From NCBI RefSeq assembly GCF_006345805.1, contig NW_021834001.1:13836-77835 (forward strand): a stretch of DNA of 64,000 nt, written 5' to 3'. Below are positions 1 to 11,872 of this stretch, in pieces. The notes below the pieces were generated by a model, which saw only the letters and a program-made list of their open reading frames with translations, was not told the origin of the DNA and made no database searches. The stretch's first letter is position 1. Each line of letters begins with the position of its first letter. The stretch is from Octopus sinensis (lineage: Eukaryota). The position numbers were made by a program, and so were the translations under genes.

Positions 1-199
1 TAATAATAATAATAATAGTAATTATAAATAATAATGATAATAATAATCCTTTCTACTGGAAGCACAAGCCTCATATTTGAGGGAGGGGATTAAGTTGATT
101 ATATCAACATCAGTGTGTAGCTGGTACTTATTTAATTGACCCCGAAAGGATAAAAGGCAAAGTCGACCTCGGTAGAATTTGAACTCAGAACGTAGCGGC
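1..199 (-). mobile_element. SINE family A (A2 tail), 5'-truncated, with (ATT)n tail
   Basis: Reverse complement of the family A body (gtcgacctcgg..gaatttgaactcagaacgt) seen >10 times in the window; (AAT)n at 1-47 is its tail. Confidence 0.8.
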
Positions 200-203
200 A
201 GAC

Positions 204-357
204 GCCGCTACGTTCTGAGTTCAAAATCTGCCGAGGTCGACTTTGCCATTCATTCTTTCTGGGTCGATGAAATAAGTACGAGTTGAGTACTGGGGGGTAG
301 ATGTAATTGACTTACCTTTCCTCCAAAATTTCAAACCTTGTGCCTATAGTAGAGAGG

Positions 358-412
<55 letters not shown>
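204..412 (+). mobile_element. SINE family A (A2 tail), 5'-truncated, head-to-head with the previous copy
   Basis: ttctgagttcaaa (B-box-like), gaggtcgactttgcc body, ccttgtgcctatagtagagagg end, then (ATT)n at 358-412. Confidence 0.8.
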
Positions 413-414
<2 letters not shown>

Positions 415-1470
415 ACAATTTTGGACAACAGAAAAATACATTGAAGTATTACAAGCATACTATAAAGCAGCATTGTATTCAAAGATACAAGTATTGTAAA
501 AAAAAGGCATATATGCTATAGAGAAAAAAACACGAAAAAAAAAGGGGAAATATTACAATAAATACACAAGCAAACTAGATTTGTAATAAACAATAACAAG
601 ATTCCTAAAATAGAAATAGACAAACTTATAGACAGAATACCCATTGATAATAAAAGATATCCAACTATACAGAAAAATTGACATGCAATAAACAAAAGAA
701 AAGCTTACAATAGTGCCCTGCATACACAAAACACGTAAGCCTCACAAAGGAAAGAAAGCAATATAACTGAGGTGACCATACTTACAATAAGAGAGACCTC
801 AAGACAAAGTGAATATACTACAGATCCCATCACGCAAGACAACAAACAAATCAGTACATCAAAGCAAAAATATAAATACAAAAGAAAAAATGAAGTAAAG
901 CTAAAAGAAATAGAGAGAGGATGACCATAAAAGTCACCATAGAAACACTCAACAAAATACATAGCCACAACAAAAGTATATCCTCCACTCCACACATGTA
1001 ACAACAAATAGAATAGAAACACACATCACAACAAAGTAACCAGAGTTAACGTTTGGGAGGCTCTAACTGAAATAATAACGAAAATGGAAGAGAACATTAT
1101 ATAAAATCAATGACGAAGGTAAATGCTTTCCCAACTAGAAACCGAATAAGCAGCTTCTCTGAAAGAATAATTAAATATAATAGGACATTGCAAGATATTA
1201 TGTTCACAGCAACAAACCGTCGGAATATTGATAGACTGAATAATCTAATCTATTCAATAGCCTTGATAGTGTTGAGGGAACTCGAGATTGATCCTCACTG
1301 AAATATGAATAAAAGCACAGTCAAGTCCTATCCAAACGGAAGGAAATTTGTGATACATAGAATTGAGAAAAATAGCAGGTCCTATATCCTTAGTAAAATG
1401 CTAACAGAGACATCCAGCATGAAAAAGGACAAAAAAAATTATGATCCTAACAATAAATTCGTACAATATC

Positions 1471-1702
1471 TATTTCTTTACCACCCACAAGGAGCTAAAT
1501 ACAGAGGGGACAAACAAGGACAGACAAACGGATTTAGTCGATTACATCGACCCCAGTGCGTAACTGGTACTTAATTTATCGACCCCGAAACGATGAAAGG
1601 CAAAGTCGACCTCCGCGGAATTTGAACTCAGAACGTAACGGCAGACGAAATACGGCTACGCATTTCACCCGGCGTGCTAACGTTTCTGTCAGCTCGCCGC
1701 CT
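1471..1702 (-). mobile_element. SINE family A (A1 tail), full length, with 17-bp TSD
   Basis: Head ggcggcgagctg..gttcaaattcc on minus strand; exact TSD taaattcgtacaatatc at 1454-1470 and 1703-1719. Confidence 0.9.
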
Positions 1703-1974
1703 TAAATTCGTACAATATCAATTAAGAGGAAGACACAACAGATGCAGATTAGAAAGATGTGCATAAACTACAGGAGGAAAGAGCAAATTAACTAGAAAAG
1801 CAACTATAAAATTAGACATAACACAACTAAGCGAATTTGATGAAATTTGACAATTAGATGAAAGCCACCGACTCAAATATTTAGAAAAGGATAACTCTGA
1901 AAATATACAATGCACTGAAATGAAGGATGTTATTAAAAAATATTACAGAAGAATTCAATAACATATACTTCAAA

Positions 1975-2077
1975 TTTCGGCCGGAACTTATTTTATCGGC
2001 CCCGAAGGATGAATTTGACGAAATGCCACTAAGCATTTCGTGCGGCATGCTTAAGGTTCTGGCCGCTCGCCGCCTTA
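1975..2077 (-). mobile_element. SINE family A fragment, internally deleted
   Basis: ttatttt atcggccccgaaggatgaa and gaaatgccactaagcatttcg..gctcgccgcc match other A copies. Confidence 0.65.
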
Positions 2078-3617
2078 AGACGTCGATTGATATTAACAAT
2101 TGAATTTAATATTCGAATATAACACATTACGGTATAGCCCAACATCCAAAATGGTAGTCATATGGCCCTTGAGGTTACATTTACGATTTTGTTGTTAAAA
2201 TTTATGCACAATAAATAGCTTATACTTCTACAATACACAAAATTTGTTAAAAATTGTTTAAATACAATTCTTAGTAATATTTAATTATAAAAATATAATA
2301 GGAGTTTTTGATCATCCAATGGCTATGAGGGTCCAACAGAGTAAAATAGGAATCAAACCATAGGAAATGATGGTTGTGAATCACTGATCCAAAGTATTAA
2401 GTGGGAATTAAGTATAAAGGACTGAAAGTTAAGTGAAAAGGAGATCTTAGAAAAACATGTCAGGCAACTACTGACTGCGTTGCAAAATCACTAAACTAAA
2501 AGTGATGTAAATAGAATGCACTCGGAGTACAAGAAAAGCAGTGTCTGATACAAACGAATTGCTACTACAAATTAGCAAGGTATACTGAGCATCAAGCAAA
2601 GAGAAAGTGTCAAATATAAGTTAACATACATATGCAAAAAAAACTTTTCTTTATTAGAAACAAGGAAACGATAAAGTACAGATCGGGTACTAACTGCACT
2701 AAAATAACAGGAGTGACAAAGCAACGTGAAAGGCTACAAAGTAAAAGACAAATTAAAAACAGGATTCCAAAATCTACTGAAGAAAAAAACGAAGAGAAAA
2801 ATCTCTTCTTAGCCATTATCTTGAATAACTCCATACACAGGAAGTACGCTAAAGTAAAAGCAAGCAATGACTGCTAGCACTTTCAGAGGAAAGTAGAAAC
2901 ATAAGGTTTGATTATTGCTTCCAAACATCAGTGCTTAGCTACAACTCTAAAAGAAAATAGAAAATGAAATAGTTAAGAAAATGCTAAAATCAAGCTTAAA
3001 CTATGCAACTACTGCAAAGAGAGGATTGAGCAGATCATCTCTGCTTTCCAACATATTGCAAGTGTGTGTATATTCATAGAGACAATAGAGTAAGTAGTTA
3101 TGTCCACTGGGTGATATGACAACACTTTTAGTGAAAATAAACAATTAATTAAACCATATATAAAAAAAAACACTGTATCAAGAGCCATTTGAACATAATC
3201 ACCTAAAAATGCTTGTTTAAACTGAGATCAACGAAAAGCGTTCTGATATAATGATGAGCGAGTAGAATGAAAATACATAGACTCTGATAGACATAGCGAT
3301 CTGCTCTGATCGGAGCGTTGCTCAAAGAAGTTGGAGACACTAAGATACACAAATCTTGAAACTGAAGCGAACAGATTGTGGAATATGAAAAGAAAAGTTA
3401 CCGATAATACTTCGAGTAGTAAGTATGATGAAAATATACAAACAGAAACATAATAGGCGTGGCTGGGTGGTAAGAAAAATTTGCTTTGCTTCCGAATCAC
3501 ACGGTTCTGGGGTCGGTCCCACTGTGTGGCACCTTGGGAAAGTATCTTCTAGTATAATCTCGAGCCTAACAAGACCTTATAAGTGGATTTGGTAGACAGA
3601 AACCAAAAGAAGCTTGT

Positions 3618-3660
<43 letters not shown>

Positions 3661-3666
<6 letters not shown>

Positions 3667-4061
3667 GTTATCGCCATACTAATATGGCATTCTTATAAAA
3701 ATAAGAATAAAGCTGTCTGCTTATTAGCTCCATGAGGCCATCGCCTTAAGTTAGCTATTTGATACACAAACTGTATCCATATAACCTTCGAACAAGGGAG
3801 GTCAGTCGCTTCACACTACTTGACCGGCAGCTACAGACGCGTTTCGGGGTATTGGCCCTTTTCAATGCAGCGTAGCCAGCCAGTAGGTGTCGCTTCCGAC
3901 AATCTCTGTTCGATGGTTTTATTTACCTAGTTTCGGTGGAATACATCCACTTGTTTTCAATAATAGAAATATTAAAATTACTAAGTCTCTCTAACTATTA
4001 TTTTCCGGGAACGCTGCCGCTGTTCTCTTTTAGAGAGACTTAGTAATTTTAATATTTCTAT

Positions 4062-4063
<2 letters not shown>
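3661..4063 (-). mobile_element. Short non-autonomous Penelope-like (pLTR-type) element embedded in (TA)n
   Basis: Flanked by (TA)n on both sides; carries a hammerhead motif and a terminal 34-bp inverted repeat; PLE assignment is inferred from these hallmarks. Confidence 0.55.
3830..3871 (-). ncRNA. Minimal type I hammerhead ribozyme (U3-A8 variant)
   Basis: Minus strand GCUGCA-UUGAAAA-GGG(CCAAUAC)CCC-GAA-ACGCGU-C-UGUAGC: 6-bp stem I (one GU), 3-bp stem II, palindromic stem III, GUC cleavage triplet. Confidence 0.7.
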
Positions 4064-4093
<30 letters not shown>

Positions 4094-4479
4094 ATATATG
4101 TGTGTGTGTGTGGTGTGTGTGAGCATGTGTGTGTGTGTGTGTATGTGAGTGTGTGTGTGTGTGTGTGTATGTGTAGTTATGTATGTATGTGTGTGTCTTT
4201 GTCTGACTTGGTCACCTACCACCACTAGACTGAGCAGTTCGGTAAACGATACTGATAGAATAAGTACCAGTCTTTACAAAAGAAAAGAATAATAAGTAAT
4301 GGAGTAGATTCGTCCGACTAAAACTAATGACTGAAACAAGTAAAAAATAAAAGAATAAAATACCAACCATAATCTGTCTCGCAAGTTTATATCTACTCCA
4401 AATATAGCTCAGATAAATGTAGTTGACATCTACACAAGTTTCTTTCAATTCAATAGAATAATTGAAACTCTCAACACAG

Positions 4480-5760
4480 CACATCCCATATGCAATATTG
4501 ATCCCATAAAATATTCACTACTTTATCAACACAGTAAAAAAACTCCAAATCTGCTGCCGGCTTTGCATCCAACTCCACATTACACACACCCATGTACCAA
4601 ATTTCCTTCAATTCTTTCTCATTGCACTCCATCACGTTCCCTCATATTGCATAAATACTCATCAATGTGAAAATACATCTAGTTGCTTCAACCCACCAGT
4701 GCCAACGGCCCTGACATTTCTTTCAAATTACTATCAAATATTGCGCCTCATAGCTTGCTGTTATACTCATAACACTTTTCAATCTCTCACTCACTTTAAG
4801 ATATGCCCTGTTATCATATTTCCCATTTACCAGGCTAACCTTGCAAATTATCGTCTCATTTGGCTCCCAGTATATGAAACGACTTCCTTAAACCACAACC
4901 TTCTCTGACTCCTTGAAACTCTCTCTCTGTTTTTCCCTCTTCTTAACGACTACCTGTACATTTTTCGTAGAACCAGATCTATTGGAGATCAACTACCTTG
5001 TACTATTAACTAAGTGGAACATCATGTTAGAGGTTTCAGTGAAAGAAAATTTATCATCAGTAAAGCTTTCGACTGTGTTTGTCTTGCTAATCTGTCGACA
5101 GTTCCTGACCCTGAACTCCATCTGGCTATCACTTTCAATCATATAGGGTCGAACTGAAACATGGCTCTCACACCTGGAACGGTGCTGCCTTTGTTTATAT
5201 TCAGACATCTTAAAGCACACCCAGAAAAATTCTACCCAATTGATTGGTATAACTCACTCACAGACACATTCAAAACTTTGGTCAACAGGCATCATACTTT
5301 TCTCCCTATCTTTTCTATCGTAACCATAATGGCTTCTATTCCATGGCCGTAGTTGGTCTTATGTCTCTTACTACCAGGCACTCTCAAACATCTGTATCCC
5401 ATACCGTTATTACTCTTTTTATATGCCCAACCCTTTAGCCCTGCAGACACAAATTCACTAAATCCTTCCTTTGAGAATATCCCCACATCGGAAATCTTCT
5501 TCTAATATTGTTTTTGCAGTTATTAATTTTCAGTTTTTTAAGCAGAACATTAACAACATTATTCGATTCGCACCGGTAACAGAGAACTGCGATGGCCTGG
5601 GGCATTTAATTTTACTTCAGACAATGCAATCACAATATGAACATAAGCAATACACTACTCTATAGCACCAACAACTTAACACCGTTTACATTCTGCATAC
5701 GCAGCCAAGTAATGCCACACAGAATATAAAGCTCTTATTCTACATATTCACAGCACTATA
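4480..5760 (+). mobile_element. Decayed CR1/L2-group LINE reverse transcriptase region
   Basis: GPD (4707-4715), NYRLI (4846-4860), SKAFDCV (5059-5079), PGTVL for the PQGSVL motif (5173-5187), in the correct order with frameshifts; boundaries approximate. Confidence 0.7.
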
Positions 5761-6037
5761 TGGAAATACTTAACACCAGTCACAATTCATCAACAAAACA
5801 GAATACGTCTCATATTGTACAAACTCTACACGGCTGAAGAAACACTAAATTATACACCATAAACAATAAGCCAATGATATGGACATAAACATACAGAACA
5901 TAACAAAGTATTGATATAGTGTATCTAAACAAACCTACAACCCTAAAAAATGAAAATGATAATGCACATACTTCAAGAACATGGAGGTGCATTTGGTGAT
6001 GCATTAGAAACTCTCGCAAAACTGCTAAAATTATAAT

Positions 6038-6420
6038 TTTGGCACAAGGCCATTAACTTTAAGGGGCAGGGGTTTAGTCGATTTACATTGACTCCATTCA
6101 AAAGGAATGAAAGGAAAAATTTACATTAGCAGAATTTGAATTCAGAACGTAACAAATGGTAAGAAATACTACTTCGCATTTTGTTCGACGCCTTATCTGC
6201 TGAAACAACCTCCCTATTATAGGCACAAAGCCTGAAACTTTGGGGGAGGAGGCTAGTCGATTCCATCAACCTCAATACTCAACTAGTACTTATTTTATCG
6301 ACCCCGAAAGGATGGAAGCGAAAGTCGGCCTCAACGGAATTTGAACTTAGAACGTAAAGGTGGACAAAGTGCCACAAACGTTTTCCCCGGCGTGTTAACG
6401 ATTCTACCAACACACCGCTT
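6038..6420 (-). mobile_element. Two adjacent diverged SINE A2 copies
   Basis: ggcacaaggcc..gaatttgaattcagaacgtaa (6038-6190) and ggcacaaagcctgaaac..gaatttgaacttagaacgtaa (6205-6420). Confidence 0.7.
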
Positions 6421-7844
6421 TAAATACTGAAATGATAATGATTTATTTTTGTCATTGATTTATTCATTGTACTAAATAACTTCTATTTGGTCTCTTATGT
6501 ATAGATTAAATTAGTGCAAAATGAAAGTAAACCATATAAAATAGAACCGATTCTTTACTGGATGAAAGTATATACAGATTAAAAGATAAGGTATTTTTGA
6601 AAAAATAATACAATGTGATTTTGGTGTTAATCATTTCTGTTTCCTCAACCATAAACATTCCATCACAGAGAGGCACAAAGTACAAACAGCTTATGGAATT
6701 ACAGGCGCAAATACGTACGGAAGATATAGACACACTCCTGTCACATTCACGGATATTTGCACAGCAAACACTTGCAGACGATTCACAACAAGAAGTGAAA
6801 CACCGAATGTAGAATACACGGCTTCCTGAGTCCTCAGAACGTTCAGGTTGTCAAGACATTGATTTCCAATAATAAAGTATTTTGAAATCAATACCGATAT
6901 CATGTTAAAATGTGTGATAGTAGCGTGAAGGTGGAGTGGGGAAAAATAGAAGCAGAATAATAATATCAGAACAACGAAATTAACAACTGCAGCTATATGA
7001 ACACCAATAACAACAATAACACCAAAACGTGAGCAAAATCAGAATTTGAACGAAAAGTGGTCGTCCAGTTTAAATAAGATAAGAAGCGGAAACATCAAAG
7101 TCAAAGTCAGTCAATGAAACTTTTGTGTAATCAGATTATTAGTCATGTGATGAGAACCGAAGAGGCATTCCATTAAACTAAAACTATTAATTTCATTTTT
7201 AACTCTACCGGAATGGTTTTATGAGTTCTCTGACCTAGATAGATATTTCTGGAGGCTTCTGTGGACAAGTGATGGAAATTTCTGATTGAACTGATAATGC
7301 TGTGTTGGTAACTGTGTTCACAGTTGCGTGAAGGCATTCACTGATGTAGTTTTTGTTGTAAGCGGTTTTATACAACAGAAATAGATTAAATATTGTATCA
7401 TGACAACCTTGAGATGTTGCAGGTTTATTTCTTTCCTTTCCCGTTCTTGTTTTTACAGCAATACAGTTTAGTGTAGCAAAAGAAAAGTAGAAGTCTGCAG
7501 TAGGCTACAATATAAAATATTATTCAAACAGTTCGTTGCTTACTGTTATGTAGAACTCAAGTGTTTCCATTTACCAAAATGTAGAACAAGTTATTGTTCC
7601 AGAAAATGATGATTGGAAAAATGTTTGTTGTCGCTGTTATTGTTTAGCTCTAGGATAGCTTTGAGTATACAGTCGAGGAAATTCGTACCAATCATGTCCA
7701 TCGTCTCTCTCTTTTTTTTTCAAGCGTAATGCATCGACGTTCAAATTATAAGATGTGTGTTCCCGTATTATTAAGATGTTACGATGATGTATGACGGAGA
7801 TTTTGATTATCAGTTGAAGCAAATCGAACGACAAAATGCAACCT

Positions 7845-7854
7845 CTTTTATATA
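7845..7854 (-). promoter_or_regulatory. Candidate TATA box
   Basis: TATATAAAAG on the minus strand within a ~1.5-kb repeat-free island; motif only, no transcript evidence. Confidence 0.2.
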
Positions 7855-8041
7855 GGTAGCCTCGAAAAAAAAGTTCATTGCAAATGAGATACACAGTTAG
7901 AAAAATAAACTTTTTGCATCTGGCAGAATCTAGGCAAACAATTCCAAGTAAAAGGTTGCATGATACGCCATATATATACGTTTCTCAAACTATGACAAAG
8001 ATCGTCTTTACTTAAAGCGCGTGAACAACACTAAAATGGTT

Positions 8042-8130
8042 AAGTGCCTTCTACTATAGCCTCGGGCCGACCAAAGCCTTGTGAGTGGATTTGGTAGACG
8101 GAAACTGAAAGAAGCCCGTCGTATATATGC

Positions 8131-8164
<34 letters not shown>

Positions 8165-8380
8165 ATATGCTTGTGTGCCTGTGTTTGTCCCCCCCCCCAG
8201 CATTGCTTGACGACCGATACTGGTGTGTTTACGCCCCCGTAACTTAGCGGTTCGGCAAAAGAGACCGATAAAATAAGTACTAGGCTTACAAAGAATAAAT
8301 CCTGGGGTCGATTTGCTCGACTAAAGGCGGTGCTCCAGCATGGCCACAGTCAAATGACTGAAACAAGTAAAAGAGTAAGA
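8042..8380 (+). mobile_element. SINE family B, 5'-truncated
   Basis: ctactatagcctcgggccgaccaaagcc..ggcggtgctccagcatggccacagtcaaatgactgaaacaagtaaaagag. Confidence 0.85.
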
Positions 8381-8384
8381 CAAT

Positions 8385-8600
8385 TGCTTTTGTTGTTTAG
8401 CCCTTGGTCAGCCCTGGTCGATCAGACTTATCATCAATAGCATTCCATTTCTGATCATACCCTTTTTTTATTATACATAGAGAATCTTCACCTTCATTAC
8501 CTAATTCTCCTTTTCTAAAACAGCGCAGAACAATTTGATGGAGATTTAACTGCTTTTCCTTGCAAGTCTAGCAACCACGTATAATCTCTCCCATTGGCTC
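8385..8600 (+). mobile_element. Old interspersed repeat (working family F)
   Basis: gtttagcccttggtcagccctggtcgatcagac and gagatttaactgctttt motifs recur at ~10785-11000, ~11395-11660, ~11890-11920 and ~32510. Confidence 0.45.
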
Positions 8601-9139
8601 GTTTCAGACAGGAGAATATGTAAATGTATGGAGTAGAAAACCAACGATATTCACTCCATCTCATTAGTTGATACTTTCAGATTCTAGCTTCCTCTCCTCT
8701 CTCTCTTTCACTCCTACATATCTCCCTCTCCCCTTCCTCTCTCTCTTCCTCCTCCTTCCTCTCTCTCTTCCTCCTCCTCCCTCTCCTTAATAACTTCTTA
8801 CTTCTATTTTCGCAGCATGTCTCCCCACTCAGCTGTTATACTTACACATATACTATTTCTCTCACCTCTTTCCTCATCGTGAAAGTTAATATATAGTTTC
8901 TCATGTGACCACATAGCATAGACACATCTAGTGACAATTTCTTCACCAACGATATCCAGTTCTTCGTTTGATGTTCCAGGTGAAATTAAATAAAGGACAT
9001 TATAAAACAGTTAACTCTTAACACTAAAACGCTTTTTCTCGTCTTTCTTTTTCCAGTTTCTGTCTTTCATTCACGCATTCAGTATTTTTCCATCACATTT
9101 TTTCTCTTCTCTTTCTCTCATTTCTCTATAATATACATA

Positions 9140-9304
9140 CGTACATGCATACGTGCTACACACGCGCGCGCTATATCATATGTAAGTATGTTTGTATGTA
9201 TGCAGTTAGACACCCACTCACACCCACACACATATGTAATTGTATAATTACATATGCACATACGTGTGCGTGTGTATATATACACATATTGTATTGCGTA
9301 TTTA

Positions 9305-9338
<34 letters not shown>

Positions 9339-9405
9339 TATATATGCATATATATGTGTGTGTACATGTGAGTGCATATATATATAATTTCTATTGCCTA
9401 TATAG

Positions 9406-9439
<34 letters not shown>

Positions 9440-9570
9440 ATATACATACACATTCACACACATATATACGTGTACACATAGGTACAGCCACGACCACATA
9501 CATATACACATATATTGTCTATGTGTGTATACGTATGCGTATATGCTCGTGCACGTGTGTGCCTGTGTGT
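9140..9570. repeat. Compound (TA)n/(CA)n/(TG)n microsatellite field
   Basis: Direct reading of the sequence. Confidence 0.9.
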
Positions 9571-10103
9571 AATATGCATAAACAGCGGATGCATTGCTAT
9601 ATTTAATGGCTTTTGAGATTTAAAGAAACATCAAACACGCACACATACACGCATACACACCACACGATGTATGCATGGAAAAGAAAAATATGTGTATATA
9701 CCTTCTTTTTAACGATTCCTATCGGTGATCAATCCATTGAACATCAAACGTAATTTTACTAGTAACTAGTTTGCAATTTAAATAACTAGGAACCAACGAA
9801 ACGTCAAAGATTACCAGTTAGTCGAAGTTTTACTATAAACTCACTGCAGATCGAACACGGGCATATAATAGTAAATTCATATTGATCATATTTGAAACAC
9901 ACATCTTCAAATGTTGTATATTTTAAGCTTTCCAATGATATATATATATAAATTCAATTTTTTTTTTTTTTTTTTTGTGGTTTCGCAAATGGTCTCGAAT
10001 CAAATCAATAACGACAATGGATATGCAGATGTTGTTCGCAGAATGTAGATTCTATTGAACTATTTTTCGGGAGTGAAGTCGAATTTCATGTCAAAGAAAA
10101 GTG

Positions 10104-10272
10104 GGCGCAGGCAGGGTTGTGTGGTTAAGAAGCCTGTTTTTCCTCCATCTCGTGGTTACGGGTTCAGTTTCCTGATTGCGCGGCGCCTTGGATAAGTGAT
10201 TCTACTACATCCTAGACTGACCAATACCTTCTTAATGGTCTCGATGGAGGAAAGCTGTGTGGGAGCCGTCGT
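10104..10272 (+). mobile_element. SINE family B 5' half, diverged
   Basis: ggcgcaggcagggttgtgtggttaagaag..gggttcagt..ccttggataagtg. Confidence 0.6.
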
Positions 10273-10784
10273 GTTTAGATCCATACATACCTACATACAT
10301 ACATGTTCTGAAAAAACTGCACCTGTTTTATTGTAGGGCTGCAATTGCAACGGTTACTAATCGGTGCGATTGAAACGTTGGCCTATGTAAGGTGGTATAT
10401 AAATTAAAGAATTAAAGGTAATACTGTGCAGCTTCGTAGTAATCCTTACACATACACACACACACACGTACACACACACACGCACATGTATATATATAGG
10501 GGATTGTTTATAGCCCTGTAATTTAGCGGTTGAGTAAAAGAGATTTAGAATAAGTACCAGTCATAAAAGAAGAAGAAACATAAATACATGGTGATCGATG
10601 TCTGTCAGCTTAACGTGATAGCTCTGTAAGTAAAAAGAATATGGATAGATAGATAGATAGATAGATAGAGATTGGGTGTGCGGGAGAGAAAGAGAGGGAG
10701 ATAGAGTATGTGGAGAATGAGTTGTGGGAGAGCAAATGAAAAGTGTTCAAGGAATTATATGTAAAAGCTATTGTTGATATTTTT

Positions 10785-11000
10785 TTTGAGCTGTAGATTA
10801 ACTCTGTCGAGCAGATTTATGATTAAACGCTCTCTAAATCTCACCATACTATCTTTATTTCAGACGTAATAAATATAGTTCTGCATTATATTAAGCATCA
10901 AAGTACGATAATTTCTCAAGATGATAGAGTGTAAGACGAGAGAGATTTAACTGCTTTTTCTAGCAGGCCGAGTCACAATGTAGACATCTTCTTGTTGGTT
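10785..11000 (+). mobile_element. Old interspersed repeat (family F)
   Basis: gtcgagcagatttatgattaaa and gagagatttaactgctttttctagcaggccgag, similar to 8385-8600. Confidence 0.45.
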
Positions 11001-11667
11001 CGATCATATAATTTACTATGGAAAGAGGAGAATGAATAATCTCCAAGACTCTTCATCAATTTTCAAGACAACTATCTATATATCATTAACAGGCGATAAA
11101 CATGAAAATCTTGTTCAAATCAGGTTATTTCGACAATTCACCAACCGACTAGAACTATTCCAAACCATTAACCTTCAAAACCTAATCTACCAGAACTATT
11201 TTAGGGGGACTGGAGGTGCTGTGCTTGAATTCAGTAATGACTGAGAAATAGTTAACAAGGGAATTACCAATCTACTGATAAAAATTGATAGTTTCTGAAT
11301 TGTCTTATGCATTAATCAGCAACACAAGAACAATCAGGGCAAGATATTCATGGGGACAATAATAAGTGTAAATCATTGGACACCTAACGAGTATTATGTT
11401 GTTGTTGCTTGGTGTTTGGTCAGCTCTGATCGAGTATACATATCATAAAGTTATTTCAACCATGATTACTACATGCATTTATGGGCATAAGTAATTACTA
11501 TCTTAGTCAATGGGTCCATTCCTTATCTGTTGTATATTCACATATGGCCTGATCGGATAGATCCTTGGTTAAAGGCATTCACGGAATGAAAATCTGATAT
11601 TTATAAATCAAAGACTATATTATTCTTTGTGTGCCTTAATTTGAGATGGTAGCGTATATCGATTTCA

Positions 11668-11872
11668 AATATTGGCACCATATCAAGTTCGGAGGAGGGG
11701 GGTAAGTCGATTACGCCCCTCCCCCCCGAGTACTCAACTGGTATTTATTTTATCGACCCCAAAGAGATGAACGGTAAAGTCGACTTCGGTGGAATTTGAA
11801 CTCAGAACGTAAAGACGAACGAAATGCCGCTAATCATTTTCTCCGTCGTGGTAACATTTCTGTTAGCTTGCT
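11668..11872 (-). mobile_element. SINE family A2
   Basis: ggtaagtcgattac..tttatcgacccc..aaagtcgacttcggtggaatttgaactcagaacgtaaagacg. Confidence 0.75.

Larger units (their letters stand above)
421..3455 (+). mobile_element. Decayed R4/Dong-type (RLE) non-LTR retrotransposon; most of the RT core missing; interrupted by SINEs
   Basis: Colinear motifs with stops/frameshifts: WTTEKYIEVLQAYYKA (422-469), QTRFVINNNKIPKIEIDKL (571-627), NNLIYSIALIV (from 1239), LERCA (1749-1763), IKKYYRRI (1932-1955), KSDVNRMH (2498-2521), GLIIASKHQCLA (2905-2940), CNYC Zn knuckle (from 3004), LIDIAI (3284-3301), YTNLETEANRLWNMK (3346-3390). Order matches the single ORF of R4/Dong elements. Confidence 0.75.
3456..4360 (+). 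mobile_element. SINE family B (tRNA-like head, CORE-like ccttgggcaagt box, internal microsatellite) with nested insertion
   Basis: 5' half 3456-3620 and 3' half ~4200-4360 (gatagaataagtac..tgactgaaacaagtaaaa) match other B copies; separated by (TA)n, a 400-bp insert and (TG)n. Confidence 0.8.

Noticed and set aside
355-425. (ATT)n next to the R4/Dong 5' end as a Dong-type (TAA)n target site
   Set aside because: The repeat is the tail of the preceding SINE, reads ATT rather than TAA on the element sense strand, and there is no matching tract at the 3' end.
6615-6812. 65-aa GTG-start ORF (YKQLMELQAQIRTED..)
   Set aside because: No ATG start, in-frame stop just upstream, no recognisable domain; covered only as part of the repeat-free island.
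10300-10445. Tc1/pogo-like MITE (tacatgttctgaaaaaactgcac..gtgcagct)
   Set aside because: Terminal inverted match is only ~6-7 bp; cannot be supported without a library search.
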